This document shows positions 13,400 to 26,320 of a stretch of DNA of 64,000 bases, one piece after another. Positions within the stretch are counted from its first letter, which is position 1. Every line of letters begins with the position of its first letter. Source of the DNA: Glaucostegus cemiculus (lineage: Eukaryota); contig CDPCPM010000215.1 in assembly GCA_976551045.1 (NCBI GenBank), forward strand, positions 3,844,001-3,908,000, written 5' to 3'. The translations under genes were made by a program, and so were the position numbers. The notes under the pieces were generated by a model. The model was given only the letters and a program-made list of their open reading frames with translations, had not been told where the DNA came from and did not search any database.

Positions 13400-16300
13400 T
13401 GTCTCCCCTTCCTTTAGGGCACCACAGTTGTCTGAAAGGGATGTGTAGAAGTTATCCTAAATGTCACTGCCGAGGTAAGAGGGAGTCTGGCAGGAGGTGG
13501 GTTAATTCACCTTCTCCAGGAGTGAGAACCTCTGCAGAATGGAACAATGCTGCAAAAAATTCAATGACCTCACAAGATATATCAAGGTGAGCTGCACATC
13601 ATTAAATACAAAGTATGAACATACACACATCCATTCTGTATTCTTCTACATCACCTGCCACCCCACTGTTGACATTCCATCCCTTCAATCCAATCTTAAC
13701 ACAGAGATGAAGTCTCCAGGTGGGATGCCTCACCAGCCTGGAAGAGATGATCACCCACTTCATGGACCGGGGGTCGGAGGGAGGGAGGTGGGCACTCAAG
13801 AATCAAATTAGCTCAGAGTTAATGTGTAATTTACAAGGTATGTTTATTGTGCTTTCTACATCCCCTTTGAACTGATCAACGATACGTACTCTTATTGCCA
13901 TGTGTGCTGCTGTGTCACTGTAAAGGTGTTTTAGCTGCAGGTTATAAGTATAATATTCACTGTTTTGTGAGAGGGTATCAGAGTTTCACCCCCTCCTAAG
14001 GTTGCAGGGTGCAGAGCAGGAATTGCAGGAGCAGAAAGAGAATGAAGAGCACAGTCTTCTTTGCGCCTAACATCCCACAGGACCACCCAAGAGCAAAATA
14101 GTTTCAAGGATGCTTATCACAGGGACCTAGGCACAAGTGGGCTGTGTTCTGGTAAAAGGTGGTGGAAATCTGATATGAGGGCTCATTGGAGGATTGGTCC
14201 AATATTTGTACTGTCCCAGGAGACTCAGGTAGGACACAATTGGGGTGCAACAGATACAAAGTGAGATGCTGAGTGCACTTTATCAAGGGGACAAGGAGCA
14301 GTCCATCTCCAGGCTCTCCACAGGAGGTTGTGTGAAACCAGGAGACTATAACTTCCACTCAGGAGGTCATGTGTATTTCTTTACAGGAGCTCAGTGACAA
14401 TCTGCCTCTCTACCTCCATTGACTCTCACCAAGGTCCAGATGGAGGTTAGATCTGTCACGCAGGTGCAGCTTGAAGATCTTCAAGAACATTTATATGCCA
14501 CCAGGGAGCAGTTTGATCTCCTCATTGAGCAGATTGATTTGCCATTCAGGAGCAGATGCAGAGATCCTCCCTTAGAGCAGCGTTTGGTTCCCCGGGAGCA
14601 AATCAGTACTATGTGTGAATATCCAGCTCTTCCAATAAGCAGAGAGGTGCTGCACATCAGCAGACTGCTCTCCTGCATGAAGAGAGATAGATAATTGAGC
14701 ATAATTGCATTCATACAGAAACCGAGCTATTGCAGGAAGGAGCTTGCCTCTCTTGCAGGAGCAGAGATGTACACCATGCTCACCATTGTAAGCAGAGTCC
14801 TGTTCAACTCTGGGTAGGGGGCAAGGTCAGCAGGGCTAGACACCCAAGATTCAGGATCTGTCAGCTGGGTCAGCTCCTGATCTGGTGGATCCACTTCAGT
14901 GCCAGCAGATCATTGCATTATCATCTCCCCAGAGAGGATACCAAGAGTGCAGACTCAGGACACTGATGCTCCCTCATGAGGTCACCAATTCACAGCCAGC
15001 CATCCCAGACCATTCCTTCAGTTGTTTCTGGGCAGAGGTCTAATGCAGTCCATCTACATCAAGAACATTTTGTGGATCAAAGATATCCATGCAGACCCAA
15101 AGGAAAGGGACAAGACTTCCAGCAGCCACACTGCGATATAGACACCAACATCCGTATAACAAGTGGACCAAAAGAGAAATGGATAAATATCCAGATGAAG
15201 GATCTTGACCTGAAGTGTTGACTAATCATTTCCCTCCACAGATGCTGCCTGACCGGCTGAGTTCCTCGAGCAGCTTGTTATTTTGCTCCAGATTCCAACA
15301 CCTGCAATCTTGTGTCTCCAAATATCATGATTTTTCATTTCTGCATTAATTTATTTTGCCTTGTTGTAAACAACTCTTAAGGCACCAGCAATGGGCAAAT
15401 GTACAACAGCAATAAGTCAACACAGATGTCACAACTGCTGGTTTGGCTGCATACTCTGTAATAACTTGCTCAGAAAGGTTGCCACTGTCATGCATTTCAT
15501 ATCAATGTGTTTGAGCAAAAGGATGTTGTGCTATACAGTGATGAATGAGTTGCCATTAAAATGATTGGCTTACTGTAGAGCAGCGTGTGATTTCAGAACT
15601 GTTTGACTGATGTCACAATTGTCCTATAATTGTGACAATGGGACACCCACAGGAGGCTGAGCTATGAGCATTGTCACATGGTGAAATGAAACATCTCCTT
15701 TATGTTGCCAAGTCTTTTGGACATTTCTTCAAGCTTGAGATTGAAAGTGACAGGGAAAGGTGAGAGCGTGAGTCAAAAGTGAGTGTTAATGTCAGAAAGC
15801 GTGACACAGTGGTCACATCCAATTGTTGTGAGCTGATTGGTACAATAACTTTCAATGGAACTCATGGAACTGAAGGAGGGATTAGTCCTTGCTGAGTGTG
15901 TATGAACTTCATTACCTAGAAATGTCAGCCCCTCAACACAACTCACTATCTATTGCATTTTGATCAATTTACTTTGCTCTGCAATGCTCTGTAGACAATG
16001 TTGAACAGCAATCTAGAATTTTCAGGCTCATGACCATCACCTTTTCACATTTGCAGGGTGAAAATCCCCCAAAGAGAGAGTATTTTGTGCAAAGACTTCA
16101 AGCAAAGTTTCACTCATCAGGAAGCAGAGATAATAACAATACCAGGAATTGGACAAGGTATTCATTCTTTGCTGCATTGTAACCAGGGCAAGTAGATCAA
16201 CATAGCAATGTGCAAGGGAAATGTGTGTCATCCAGACCCTATCAGCTGCACATTGGTGCTATCATGTTGGTGTTAATAACTGGCTTGCACTGAGAACAAG

Positions 16301-16550
16301 GATTTTACAGGCTCCTTATGGAAAGTATTCCTCTATCAAAGATCCTTAGAGCCTATGTAGACAATGCTTCACCCCTCTACACAGGCTGCCGATGTTGGGC
16401 AGGGACATTCCCTTTGTCAGCTTTGTTGTCCTCCTGCTCCTGTTCAGGCTCTGATCATGGCCCTCATGGTCTGGGTCTCAAGGCTTCCTCCAGCACTGGC
16501 TCCTGCCATTAGTAAGCATTTTTTTACCTTTCCAAATCAACACTAATATC
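13400..16550. mobile_element. Decayed PIF/Harbinger DNA transposon (Myb/SANT-like gene on +, possible transposase traces on -)
   Basis: RAPQLS (about 13413), WQEV and QCCKKFNDLTRYIK are followed by a splice donor ag/GTGAG at about 13588, matching the Harbinger Myb/SANT first exon. Weak NVQL and PG transposase traces lie near 16180-16255 on -. Confidence 0.45.
15185..15320 (+). mobile_element. Penelope terminal fragment
   Basis: ccagatgaaggatcttgacctgaagtgttgac...ccacagatgctgcctgaccggctgagttcctc, the same motif as 1700-1830. Confidence 0.7.
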
Positions 16551-16779
16551 TCTTATCCATTATCTCTTGGCCCCACAAATCACAGGCATCCTTTTTCTTC
16601 TTCCAAACCCTTCCTCCTTCACTGCAACTTAAAACGGGTTTACTTTCTGGGTCATTAACCAAAATGCTATCTCTGTTTCTTTCTCCACGGATACTGTCGC
16701 ACTTGCAGAGCAAGTAAAACATTTTCTGTTTTTAGTCAAGTCTCTGGGACAGCTCGGCAATAAATGCTAAGGGGAGGAC

Positions 16780-17950
16780 TCTTCTGGCTGGAAAGACTAG
16801 AATAAGGGAGCATGGTGTCAGGTTGTGGGGCTGAGCATTTGGGACTGAGCATTTGGGACAGAGATGAAGAGGAATATCTTTATATAAGAGGATAGTAAAT
16901 GTTTAGAATTCCCTCTATCAGTGGATCACACATTCAGTTGCTGAATAGATTCAAGGCTGATATTCCTGCACATGAGGGGAGTGAGGATTGTGGTGGGGTG
17001 AATGGAAGGAAACAGGCATTATGTCTAGCCATGATATTGTAAGGTGTCAGGTGTCAAATGGCCATTCTGGCTTCTACTCTTATGTTCCTACATCAGCTGT
17101 CCAAACCCCAGTTTGCCGCCAGGCAAGAAAGCTCCAACTTACTCCCAGTAATTAAACATCATATGTAAAGTGAAGAGACATAACAACTGTACAAATTAAA
17201 TATTGAACTTACATTGGAATTATCACAGTCCTCAGTGTTTGCAAGTGCATATGAGCAAGTCTGTCAAAGTGGCGGGACCTGTTGAGAGAGTGTTTAGTAA
17301 AGCACAGGAGTCTGGGATACATAACAGAGGCAATGGGGACAAATTATGTTGAATCTATAGCTAAAAATAAAACTTGGTTGAGCTGCAATTGGAGTATTGT
17401 ATCCAGTCCTGGTCAACATTCTCTGGGAAGGACACAAGCGCCAAAGGGAGGATGAAGGGGAGATTTGCTGGAACATGCTCAAACATAAGAGATTTAAACC
17501 ATAGGGTTAGACTGGAAAAGTTGGGGTTACTATTCTTGAAGCCAAGTTTGAAAGAATTTTACAGATGTGAAAGATCACAACAACTGAAATTGTTCAGGTT
17601 ACTGAAATGCTCAAGGGCCTGGAGAAAGATTTTATAGTGATGGACAGAAGGAGTGGAAGAGTGGTGGTTGCTTATAATAGGGTGAGATGAACATTTTATT
17701 TTAGACATGGAGTGGTCATGATGCGGAACTGATTGAGTGGATGGATTAGAGAGACAGAGCCTATCAGGAGTTTCAGAAGGGAATTGGATAGAACTCAGAA
17801 AATAATTTGCGGGGCTAGGACTGTGGGGAAAAGGCCAGTGGGGGTGGGCTGGTGCCAGGAGAACTAGGATTACTTGATTGTTCTAAAATAAGTGGGCATT
17901 GACTCCAAGGCAAAACTACCTCCTTCTCTGCTGCTGGCATTCCATGACGC
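16780..17950 (+). mobile_element. Two decayed CR1 3' fragments
   Basis: LEYCIQSWS and RLEKLGLL motifs at about 17385-17535, plus CR1-type 3' UTRs. Confidence 0.65.
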
Positions 17951-18329
17951 TATCATATGGGATTATCTAATTTGCCTCCATAATTCTTCTGCTTTTAATA
18001 ATGTTGTTGATGAATCAGATCCTGCCAGTTCAACTGTGATAGACCCAAACACTGTGAGGCAACCGGATAACAGAGTGCTTCATTCCTCCCAAAGCCAATA
18101 TACTTGCTATGTTTATCATTGCAGATTATGTACATAGTCCATCCCAAAACATAAAGGCAGGTTTAATGCAAATCTGAAAGATCAACAGCTTACACCCACT
18201 TTGAAGTCACATGACAGTCAGTCAAGGGGTGCCGGGGTAAAGCTCCAGGAAGTTTAGTATCACTTTGCTTATGCATCAAGTTGGGAAGTGCTTTTGATGT
18301 ACATTGCAACTTTCTATATCTCCATATGA

Positions 18330-18628
18330 ACTAGGAGGAGGCTACCTGACCTGTCAAGTCTATGCTAGCTCACAGAGCAATCCCTCTCCTGATTAATTTT
18401 TCCCATGATCTATTCTCCCCACATTACCACCAGTTCCACAATCCATCTATATTAGGGGCAATTTATAGAAACTGATTAACCTACCAACGTACGTCTTTGG
18501 AATGTGGGAGGAAACCAGAGCATCCTGTGGAGAACATGCAAACACCACACAGACTGCAGTCCAGAATTAAATGTGGCTCACTGGAGCTGAAAGGCAGTGT
18601 CTCTACTAACTGCACCACTGTGCCACCC
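18330..18628 (-). mobile_element. V-SINE/HE1-like SINE
   Basis: tctttggaatgtgggaggaaaccagagcatcctgtggag...aactgcaccactgtgccaccc is the reverse of the SINE core and head. Confidence 0.75.
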
Positions 18629-18759
18629 ACTTTGCATAAATTGCACTCTTCAGCAGTACTACAGTTGAACTCTCCTGTAGCTTACTCCAAATTGCATATG
18701 GTACAAATGAAAGAATCTTTTGCATAGCAGACTTCACAACCCTAGATTTCAAAGGAATC

Positions 18760-19440
18760 TGACAGCTATTTTAGTTCCCCTCCCCATTCCTACACCGACC
18801 TGTCTGTCCTCACTCTCCTCCACTGCCAGGGTGCGACCAAACACAACTGAGAGGAACAGCACATATTTCCATGGGTAGTTAACAAATCAATTTCAGGTAA
18901 CGTGTTTTCCCCTGTCCCTTTTTTCTCCCCTCCTGTTGTACCTAGTTCCTCTGACATACCCCCCACCTCCCATTTTCCCAGTTTCTTTCCCCTTCTCCAC
19001 TCTCTGTTGCCTATCACCCACACACTCCTCTCACTGCAACCCCTCCCCCACTGTTTCCATCTGCCCATCCCACCTTCCTTATTTGGTTCCATGCTTCACC
19101 TTCCTTTCCCATCAGACTCCATCTGCAACCCTTTGTTGCCTCCACCTATCACTCCCAGCCTCTGTTGTTATTTCCACTCTTCACTCTTCCCTCTTCCATC
19201 TGCCTATCACCCTTCCTCACCTGGATCCACCCATCACTTGCTAGCTCTTGCTCCACCCCTTACTCTCCCCTCTTTATATTGATCATCTCCCCCCTCATCT
19301 TTCAATCCAGATGAAGGGTCTCGACCCAAAATGTCTCCTTTCCATCTCCCTCCACGGATGCTGCCCAAGCTGCTGAATTCCTCCAGCAGTTGTTTTTTTT
19401 GGCTCCAAATTCTAACATTGGCAGTCTCATGTGTCTCCAG
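18760..19440 (+). mobile_element. Penelope-like 3' fragment
   Basis: Homologous to 1250-1830: ctcctccactgccagggtg...gaggaacagcac, pyrimidine tract, then ccagatgaagggtctcgaccc...gatgctgcc. Confidence 0.75.
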
Positions 19441-20064
19441 TCTCTGAAGTTTGTTTACTTTTCCAATATTGAAAATGTCACACCCACATCACATGGTCCA
19501 ACAAACGAGGATGGGATTTAACTAGTTAAATCAGTTTATGCAAGGTTGACTAAATAAGAAACATCGTAAGGGACCCTAAACAACTATTTTGCTCTTATTG
19601 AAAATAGTACCTTGGGATCTTTTGCCCAGCTGATAGGGCAAACAATATATAGACATGTTACTTTTAATGTCCTATCCTAAAGACTACTTAACAAGCAGCT
19701 GGAGATCCAGACCATGGTGTGTGGGGAACTTAAATCTAAGTAATTAAATACAATATGGAATTACAGAATAAAGAACAGATTAATACCACTAAATACAAAC
19801 CAATGGGCTGTTGTAAAATTCTACTTAACTCCCTCCTGTCCTTCAGGGAAGGAATCTGCCAATTATACCCAATCTGGAAGGGAAAGAGACATCACTGAAA
19901 CAAGAAAAAGTGGCAGTGAATCCAACAAGTTGGTGAAGAAAAAACTGTGGATGCTGGAACTCCGAAATAAAACAGCTTGTAGTTCTGATAAAGGGTCTTT
20001 TATCTGAAGCATCAGCTCTGTTTCTCTTCTCACAGAAACAGCAAAACCTGCTGAGTGTTTCCAG

Positions 20065-20130
20065 TATACTCTGGAATATATACTCTGGTATATATTCTGG
20101 TATATATTCTGGAATATATACTCTGGTTAT
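20065..20130. repeat. Short minisatellite with a 12-14 bp unit (tatatactctgg / tatatattctgg)
   Basis: About 5 imperfect copies are visible directly after a Penelope terminal fragment. Confidence 0.85.
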
Positions 20131-21504
20131 ACTTCCAGTATAACCCACCATCAGCCTCCTTAAATGAGGGGAAACTATCAATGAATGACAAGAGATGGTG
20201 TTGCCTGTGACATCCACTCAGAACCAACTCTGACACAGCAGTACACTGCAGTAGAACATTGGCCTGGAATTGACTGCGAAGTTACAGCCTTCTGACTTGG
20301 TGGTAACAACTGAGCTACAACCAAAGAAAAAAAAATGCTCATTCTGGAAATCTGAAATCAGAACAGAAAATGCTGAAAACTCACATTAGGCCAGACAACA
20401 TCTGTGGAGGGAAAAACAGCATTAAAGTTTTAAAATGAAGAGCTTTCAGTTGCTAAATATTTCCATGATTTTGGGCCTAGGGAAAGCCACCTCCACCTTC
20501 CACTCTCAAGTTGAGAGTTCTCAGGAGCTTGAAAATTTCATTATAGGTTAAATCTGAGTAGCTGATTTTCAGAAAGTCTATAAATGCATTTTGAAATATT
20601 TACAGCAAGATAAATAAGAGTGGTTTGCAATAGCACACCAGCATGGAAATGATCTGGAAAATTGTACAATTTTTGTTTAAACAAAAAGGTGCAAACATAA
20701 TTTGCATATGCAGCTTTGAAATATTGCCAAAAAAATTGACTGGCATAGCCTATAAAGAGATTTCATATTATTGGTTTTGAGTAACTAAAGTATTAAATTT
20801 GGATAATTTTTATTTTTGCTGTTGTGTAGAGAAAAATCACAAATTGAAGTCACATTATAAAAAAATCTCAGCCTTTTCTCTTTTGTATATCAGCATTGTA
20901 AAAATAAGGAGATAAAATTGCCAGAGATTGGTCCAGATTTAATAATCTCAAATAATCTTCAGCAGCATTTAGTTGGCTCTAAAAGGGATGGGGAATATCC
21001 TGAAAAATGCTGGAATTTTTTTCCTAATCTAGGCAATATAAATGCTCAGAAAATGAATAGAATTATTTAAGTGACAAAGCAGTCAGAAATGAGCATATCT
21101 TTACTTTCCTTGATTGGGTTAGAGCTCTTTGTATTGTTCTGAAAACAATGAGGCAAATTAAGTGATTTTTGTTCAGCAAATCCAATGCTTCTTTGCTCTT
21201 TTTGTTGCTTTCTGAAGCACACCGTCCCTCAATCAGTAGCCCAATCACCCAATGGGCAAGAGAGACGTGTGTCTGCAGTGAAGCACAAATACTTGGTTGA
21301 AATAAGAGAAATGAGAGCAATACATTTATGGAACAACAAAGATGTTTTAAGTATTTTAAGTCCCACCAGGTTCTGACAGGTGACATATGGTTTCATTTGA
21401 AAAGCAGTATGATAACCACATTAATATATTTATGAGTATTTTAAGGAAATAAATATTTCGACAGAAAGAAGACTTATTAAGGACCTTAAGAACCGACATT
21501 CGTA

Positions 21505-21970
21505 AGAATGAAAAGAAAAAGAAATTGCATTTATATGTGTATTTCATGACCCTAGGGTTTGAAAAAAAATTTTGCAGTGAGTGAAGTGTTTTATAGTGCA
21601 GTCTGTGCTGAATGGTAGGAAACATATCAGTCGATTTGTACACAGCAGGCCCCTCACAAACAATATCATGATAGCAAGGTAATCTGTTTTTAGTGATTTT
21701 CATTCAGGGTTAGATTCCGGTTTGCGCTCTGTGGAAGACTTCCCCAGTCTTCAAAATTCTATTGCAGTCTCTTTTGCACCCACCTTTGATAGGAAACAGG
21801 CCTTCAGTTCAACAACTCATCCAAAGTAGGTTGTCAGAGACAGTGCAGCACTCCTGAGATGCAACAGTGAAACATCAGCCTAAATTTTGTATTCTTGCCA
21901 CAGGCTTGAAAAAAGCCCTTGATCTGTGACCCAAAGGCAAGATGCCAACTACTCGATCAACATTGACACC
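21505..21970 (-). mobile_element. SacSINE1/DeuSINE-like ancient SINE
   Basis: ttgcatttatatgtgtatttcatgacc...gacagtgcagcactcc...cagcctaaattttgt...gcttgaa...ctgtgacccaaaggcaagatgccaac; related copies at 35740, 43860, 48900 and 63420. The family name is from memory. Confidence 0.6.
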
Positions 21971-21994
21971 AAAAGCACAAAGATGTTTTCTTTA

Positions 21995-22440
21995 AATATT
22001 CATTCAAGGGATGTGGGCTTTGCAGGCTGAGCCAGCATTTAATTTCCCATCCCTAGTTGAGAAGGTGGTGGTGAGCTGCCTCCTTGAAACACTGTAGTCT
22101 TTGAGGTGTGGGCATGGTTACAATGCTGGGAGGGAGACGGTTCCAGGATTTTGACCCAGCAGTGGTGAAGGAACGACAAGATATTTTTAAGTCAGGGCGT
22201 TAAGTGGCTAGGAGGGCAACTTCCAGGTGGTGTTCCCAATACTTTTGCTGCCTGAGTCCATCTAGCGGGTAGAGCTTGTGTGTTTGGAAGGGGCTGTCTT
22301 GGTGATTTGCAGTGCAGAGGGTACACGCTGCTGCTACTGTGCAGTGGTGCAGTGAGTGAGTGGTTACGGATGGTGTACCTATCAAAATGGCTGCTGTGTT
22401 GATCTTCTTGAGTGTTGTTCAAGCACTCATCCAGGCAAGT
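21995..22440 (-). mobile_element. CR1/L2-clade LINE 3' end (same family as 58055-59157)
   Basis: Reverse complement of 58700-59150 (attcattcaagggatgtgggctttgcaggctgagccagcatttaatt...). Confidence 0.8.
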
Positions 22441-23255
22441 CTTAAGGATGTCAAAAATTCAATTTAACCAGATAGCTCACCATTTAACTCTGGGCTGTCC
22501 ATTCCCTGAAGTATATGCCCATGCTCACATCCTGGCCTGGGGGCAGGGGACGGAAAATATCGGGGGGGTGGTGGTGAAGCTGTACTTGAGCTCCCATGAC
22601 AAATCTGGACTAACACATCATGGTACTTCCATCAGTAATTTATTAACAACGTTTTGCTGAAAGAATTCTGTATTAGGATTTTACTCTATTCTCCAGACAA
22701 GATTTCATATCACTTTAAGACCCAGTGATCAAGTATACACTGGATGTAACAAAATATACTTCCATACAATGTTCTGTTTTGTGTTCAGATTGCTAATATA
22801 CAAGTTACAGAATCAAAACCAAGTTCTCCTAAAGTAGACAGACTCCTGTCTGCTTGTGTATGCATCCTGGCAGATTCAGTGAAGCCAAGTAGGATTGAAA
22901 TTTATTTCTCAAGGAAAGCAAGCACTAGAATAGTGAAACATTGAGGATACGTGCCAGTTTGTCCCTGGGTTTACACAAGGTTTTTATGCCTGCACCACCC
23001 TCAGTCTTAAGTGAAGCAAATCACAGGCTTCTCTGCCTCGGTGCAGATTATCCACCGGGTAATTTCAGAAGTCTGCTACGGCAGCTGAAATTAATCTGCA
23101 CTAATAAACACCACGGCTGCATCTCTTCAGGGAAATTGATAACTGAATGCAATAAATGCTGAAAGTTATCAAAAGAAATTACAACGGGGACACTGCAGTG
23201 GTCACCCTAGAAGCAGGAATAGGCCCTTTGGCCTCTCATGGTTGCTCCACCATTC

Positions 23256-23500
23256 AACGAGGGAAATAATTGCTTGAGAACTCCAACAACCGCAAGGTGA
23301 CCTCTAAGATGCACATCTTCATGAGTTGTAAATATATTGGGGTTTGTCGCGGATTCTTCCTACACAACCAGAACTCGCCGCAAAGCAGCACTGTAAGAAT
23401 ACCTTTGCCATGAGCACTGCTCTGGGCCAGGAGGTTAGCTGCACAACATCCTTAATAGGAAATGGACACACTCATTAAGTGCTGTCCTGTCAATGATGCC
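23256..23500 (+). repeat. Left arm of a 245-bp inverted repeat
   Basis: Reverse complement of 25678-25922, apparently without indels and above 90% identical by eye. Confidence 0.95.
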
Positions 23501-23764
23501 CACAATTTTTTCCTGTACTGACCCCATAATCCCTCGATTTTCTTCATATTTAAATATCAGGTGGAGAGGGGTGCTGTATGTTTCCAAATCTTGGAGGGTG
23601 ACGTATTAAAAAACAAAGCGGCAATGAGGGGCAGTGGCCAGGGAGGTCGGTGCACACAGAAATACCACTCCCCATACCCATGCACCATTCTGCTGCGTAA
23701 TGACCTCAGACATGTATCCACAATGAAAAATGCACTCCATTCAACAGCTGTGGCAAAACTGCAT

Positions 23765-23938
23765 GCACTCACTCTTCCAAACACTACAACCTCCTCACTG
23801 GATGGGGCATCAGTCTCCGCCATTCCCACATCTACATAACACACTCTCACCGCACTCACTCTTCCAAACACTACAACCTCCTCACTGGATGGGGCATCAG
23901 TCTCCACCATTCCCACACCTACATAACACACTCTCACC
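23765..23938. repeat. Tandem duplication, 2 x 87 bp
   Basis: gcactcactcttccaaacactac...acactctcacc occurs at 23765-23851 and 23852-23938 with 2 mismatches. Confidence 0.95.
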
Positions 23939-24544
23939 GTGAATTCCATGTTTCAGATCCTGGCACATTTCCAGCTACTCGGGCTGGCAGGCACCTCTCC
24001 CAACCCCTTTGCTTGGCCTTCCCCTTCTCTTGCAGACAATAGTCGGCTGCAAAGTCCATAAGATCAATCATATTGAAGTGTGGATGGTGGTTTGCAGCCA
24101 CACTGCTCATGGCCAACAGATGCAGGGCAATGGAAATAAATCAAGGACCATTGAAGATGTGGTTACACTCATGTGTAACTCTCTCACATCATATATGTTC
24201 ACCCTACTTACAAGATTCTGACTGGTGATTTGTACGCCTATGACCTGCACCCACACCTCTCATCATCAGATGTTTGGGACTTGCACATTTCAGAGGCTCA
24301 GTGACTGCCACCTGACTGCACCCCAGCTGATAAGCCTCTGATCCAAGAAAATGATGCATAACCCTTTCTGAGAATCACAACCACCCCTCACTCACTGTAA
24401 GGGTCTGTTTGGAGGCGGGATTAGCACATGGCAAGTCACCAGGCACGTGGACTTCAGCCAGGAAAGGTTGTAAAGGTCTGATTATGTGCCAGCTTCCTTG
24501 AGTTTATATGTCAGCTGTACTCCAGAGGTCTCAGATGAGAACTG

Positions 24545-24850
24545 TGATTCAGATTAATTTATTGTCATATACACCAGGGTGCAATGAAATTCCTTGCTTG
24601 CATGAAATTCAAAGAATAAACAGTGAACATAGTAGTAAATAATATGATAAATACAGTGATGAGTGCAAAACAACAGAATGGTGCAAAGATAGCCGTGCTA
24701 AAGTGACAGTAATGGGATAACTGAGAGAGGTAGAATTAAGTGTTGGGAAACGTGGTGCATCACCAGGAAGGGGGTGTGAAAGAGGTGATTGCTCCAGAAG
24801 TCTGATAGCATTGGGGAAGAAGCTGTACTTGAGAAGCAGCAGCCTTTAGA
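24545..24850 (-). mobile_element. Rex1/Babar 3' fragment
   Basis: Reverse tail gattcagattaatttattgtcatatac, and agtctgatagcattggggaagaagctgt (SFFP.AIRL on -). Confidence 0.65.
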
Positions 24851-25677
24851 AAGTTGATGTACCTATTTTGGTGCTTGAAGCACTGTCCTACCTATTTGGC
24901 AACTGCAGAAGATGTTTAAGAGTTGCATACAGCTTTGTTTGGAGACTGGTGTCCACTCATTCCAACATTGTGGACAAGTCACTGAGCATGAAAATCTTTT
25001 ACAAACCCTGGGACAAACAGCTTCTTCCCTTCTATCATCAGATTTCTGAACGGTCCGTGAACCCATGAACTCTACCTTATTATTCCACTTTTGCACTATT
25101 TATTTATTTCTGCATTAAGCTGATTGACTTCACTGAATCTGCCAGAATGCATGCGCAGTTCACATCAATGCATGGAACTAAAACAAGTTGTCCATTGTAT
25201 GGCTGGGGATGCAGTTTCCACTGCTCCCAGCATATGACAGCTGCAGTAGAAACTTAGTCAAGTTCATGATGGCTCTGGAACCACTAACCCATCACCAAAT
25301 GGGGCTTTGAGGGTGTCCTGTCCTTCCAATAATTTACGCTCTAGCCAGGCTGATCACTGGCATTACTGATTGTCCCCTAAAGTGGAGCATCAGCAGCTCC
25401 TTCAAGTCTGATCTGCTGTTGTCTCTCAGGACAACAGCATGGTGCTTCATCGCAGCTGTTTCTGTAGTATCCTTGCCGTTGGCCGTTTCCCTGCTGTCAC
25501 TCATTGTGACCACATCAGAGCCCAGTGCTGCTCTTGGCTACTATTCATGCCCCCTACACTGCAATGGTAGTACCATCCACCAACTGTTCTGCAGCCACTG
25601 GGAAGTAGTTGGGTGGACAAAGGAAGCTGGAAAACAGGCACACACAGAAGCACAACTGCGATTGGTTAATAATTGCA

Positions 25678-25922
25678 GGCATCATTGAGAGGACAGCACT
25701 TAATGAGTGTGTCCATTTCCTATTAAAGATGTTGTGCAGCTAATCTCCTGGCCCAGAGCAGCGCTTGTGGCAAAGGAATTCTTACAGTGCTACTTTGTGG
25801 CGAGTTCTGGTTGTGTGGGAAGAATCCGCGACAAACCCCAATATATTTACAACTCATGAAGATGTGCATCTTGGAGGACACCTTGCAGTTGTTGGAGTTC
25901 TCAAGCAATTGTTTCCCTCGTT
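25678..25922 (-). repeat. Right arm of the 245-bp inverted repeat
   Basis: Reverse complement of 23256-23500. Confidence 0.95.
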
Positions 25923-26024
25923 TTGGGGTGGGTATGCTTGAAGAGTCTGGAAGCCTTGATGAATAGCTGCCATCTATTGGTAGGTGGCACACATTGTGGC
26001 CTTATCCTTTTACAGATTCGTGAA

Positions 26025-26320
26025 AACAGGACCTTTGGCCCAACCAGTTTGCCTCAGCCATTCAGCACTTAGTTACACAAATTCCATTTAAAAAAATAAT
26101 AACTCCCATCAAATTCTACCTCTCACCTCTGCATAGGGGACAATTTCTTGGCTAATTAACCTATCAACCTGCACATTTTGGAATGTGGAAGGAGACTGAA
26201 GCACTCCAAAGAAACACACGCACAGTAAGAATATGCAAACTCCAGATAGAGTACTGGAGCTCAAGACTGAACCAGAGCGAATGGAGCTGTGGGGCAGCAG
26301 CTCGACTAGCTGTGCCATTG
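26025..26320 (-). mobile_element. V-SINE/HE1-like SINE
   Basis: ttttggaatgtggaaggagactgaagcactcc...tgcaaactcc...tggagctgtggggcagcagc. Confidence 0.7.

Noticed and set aside
16831-16858. 14-bp tandem duplication ctgagcatttggga
   Set aside because: Ordinary slippage within a dead CR1 fragment.
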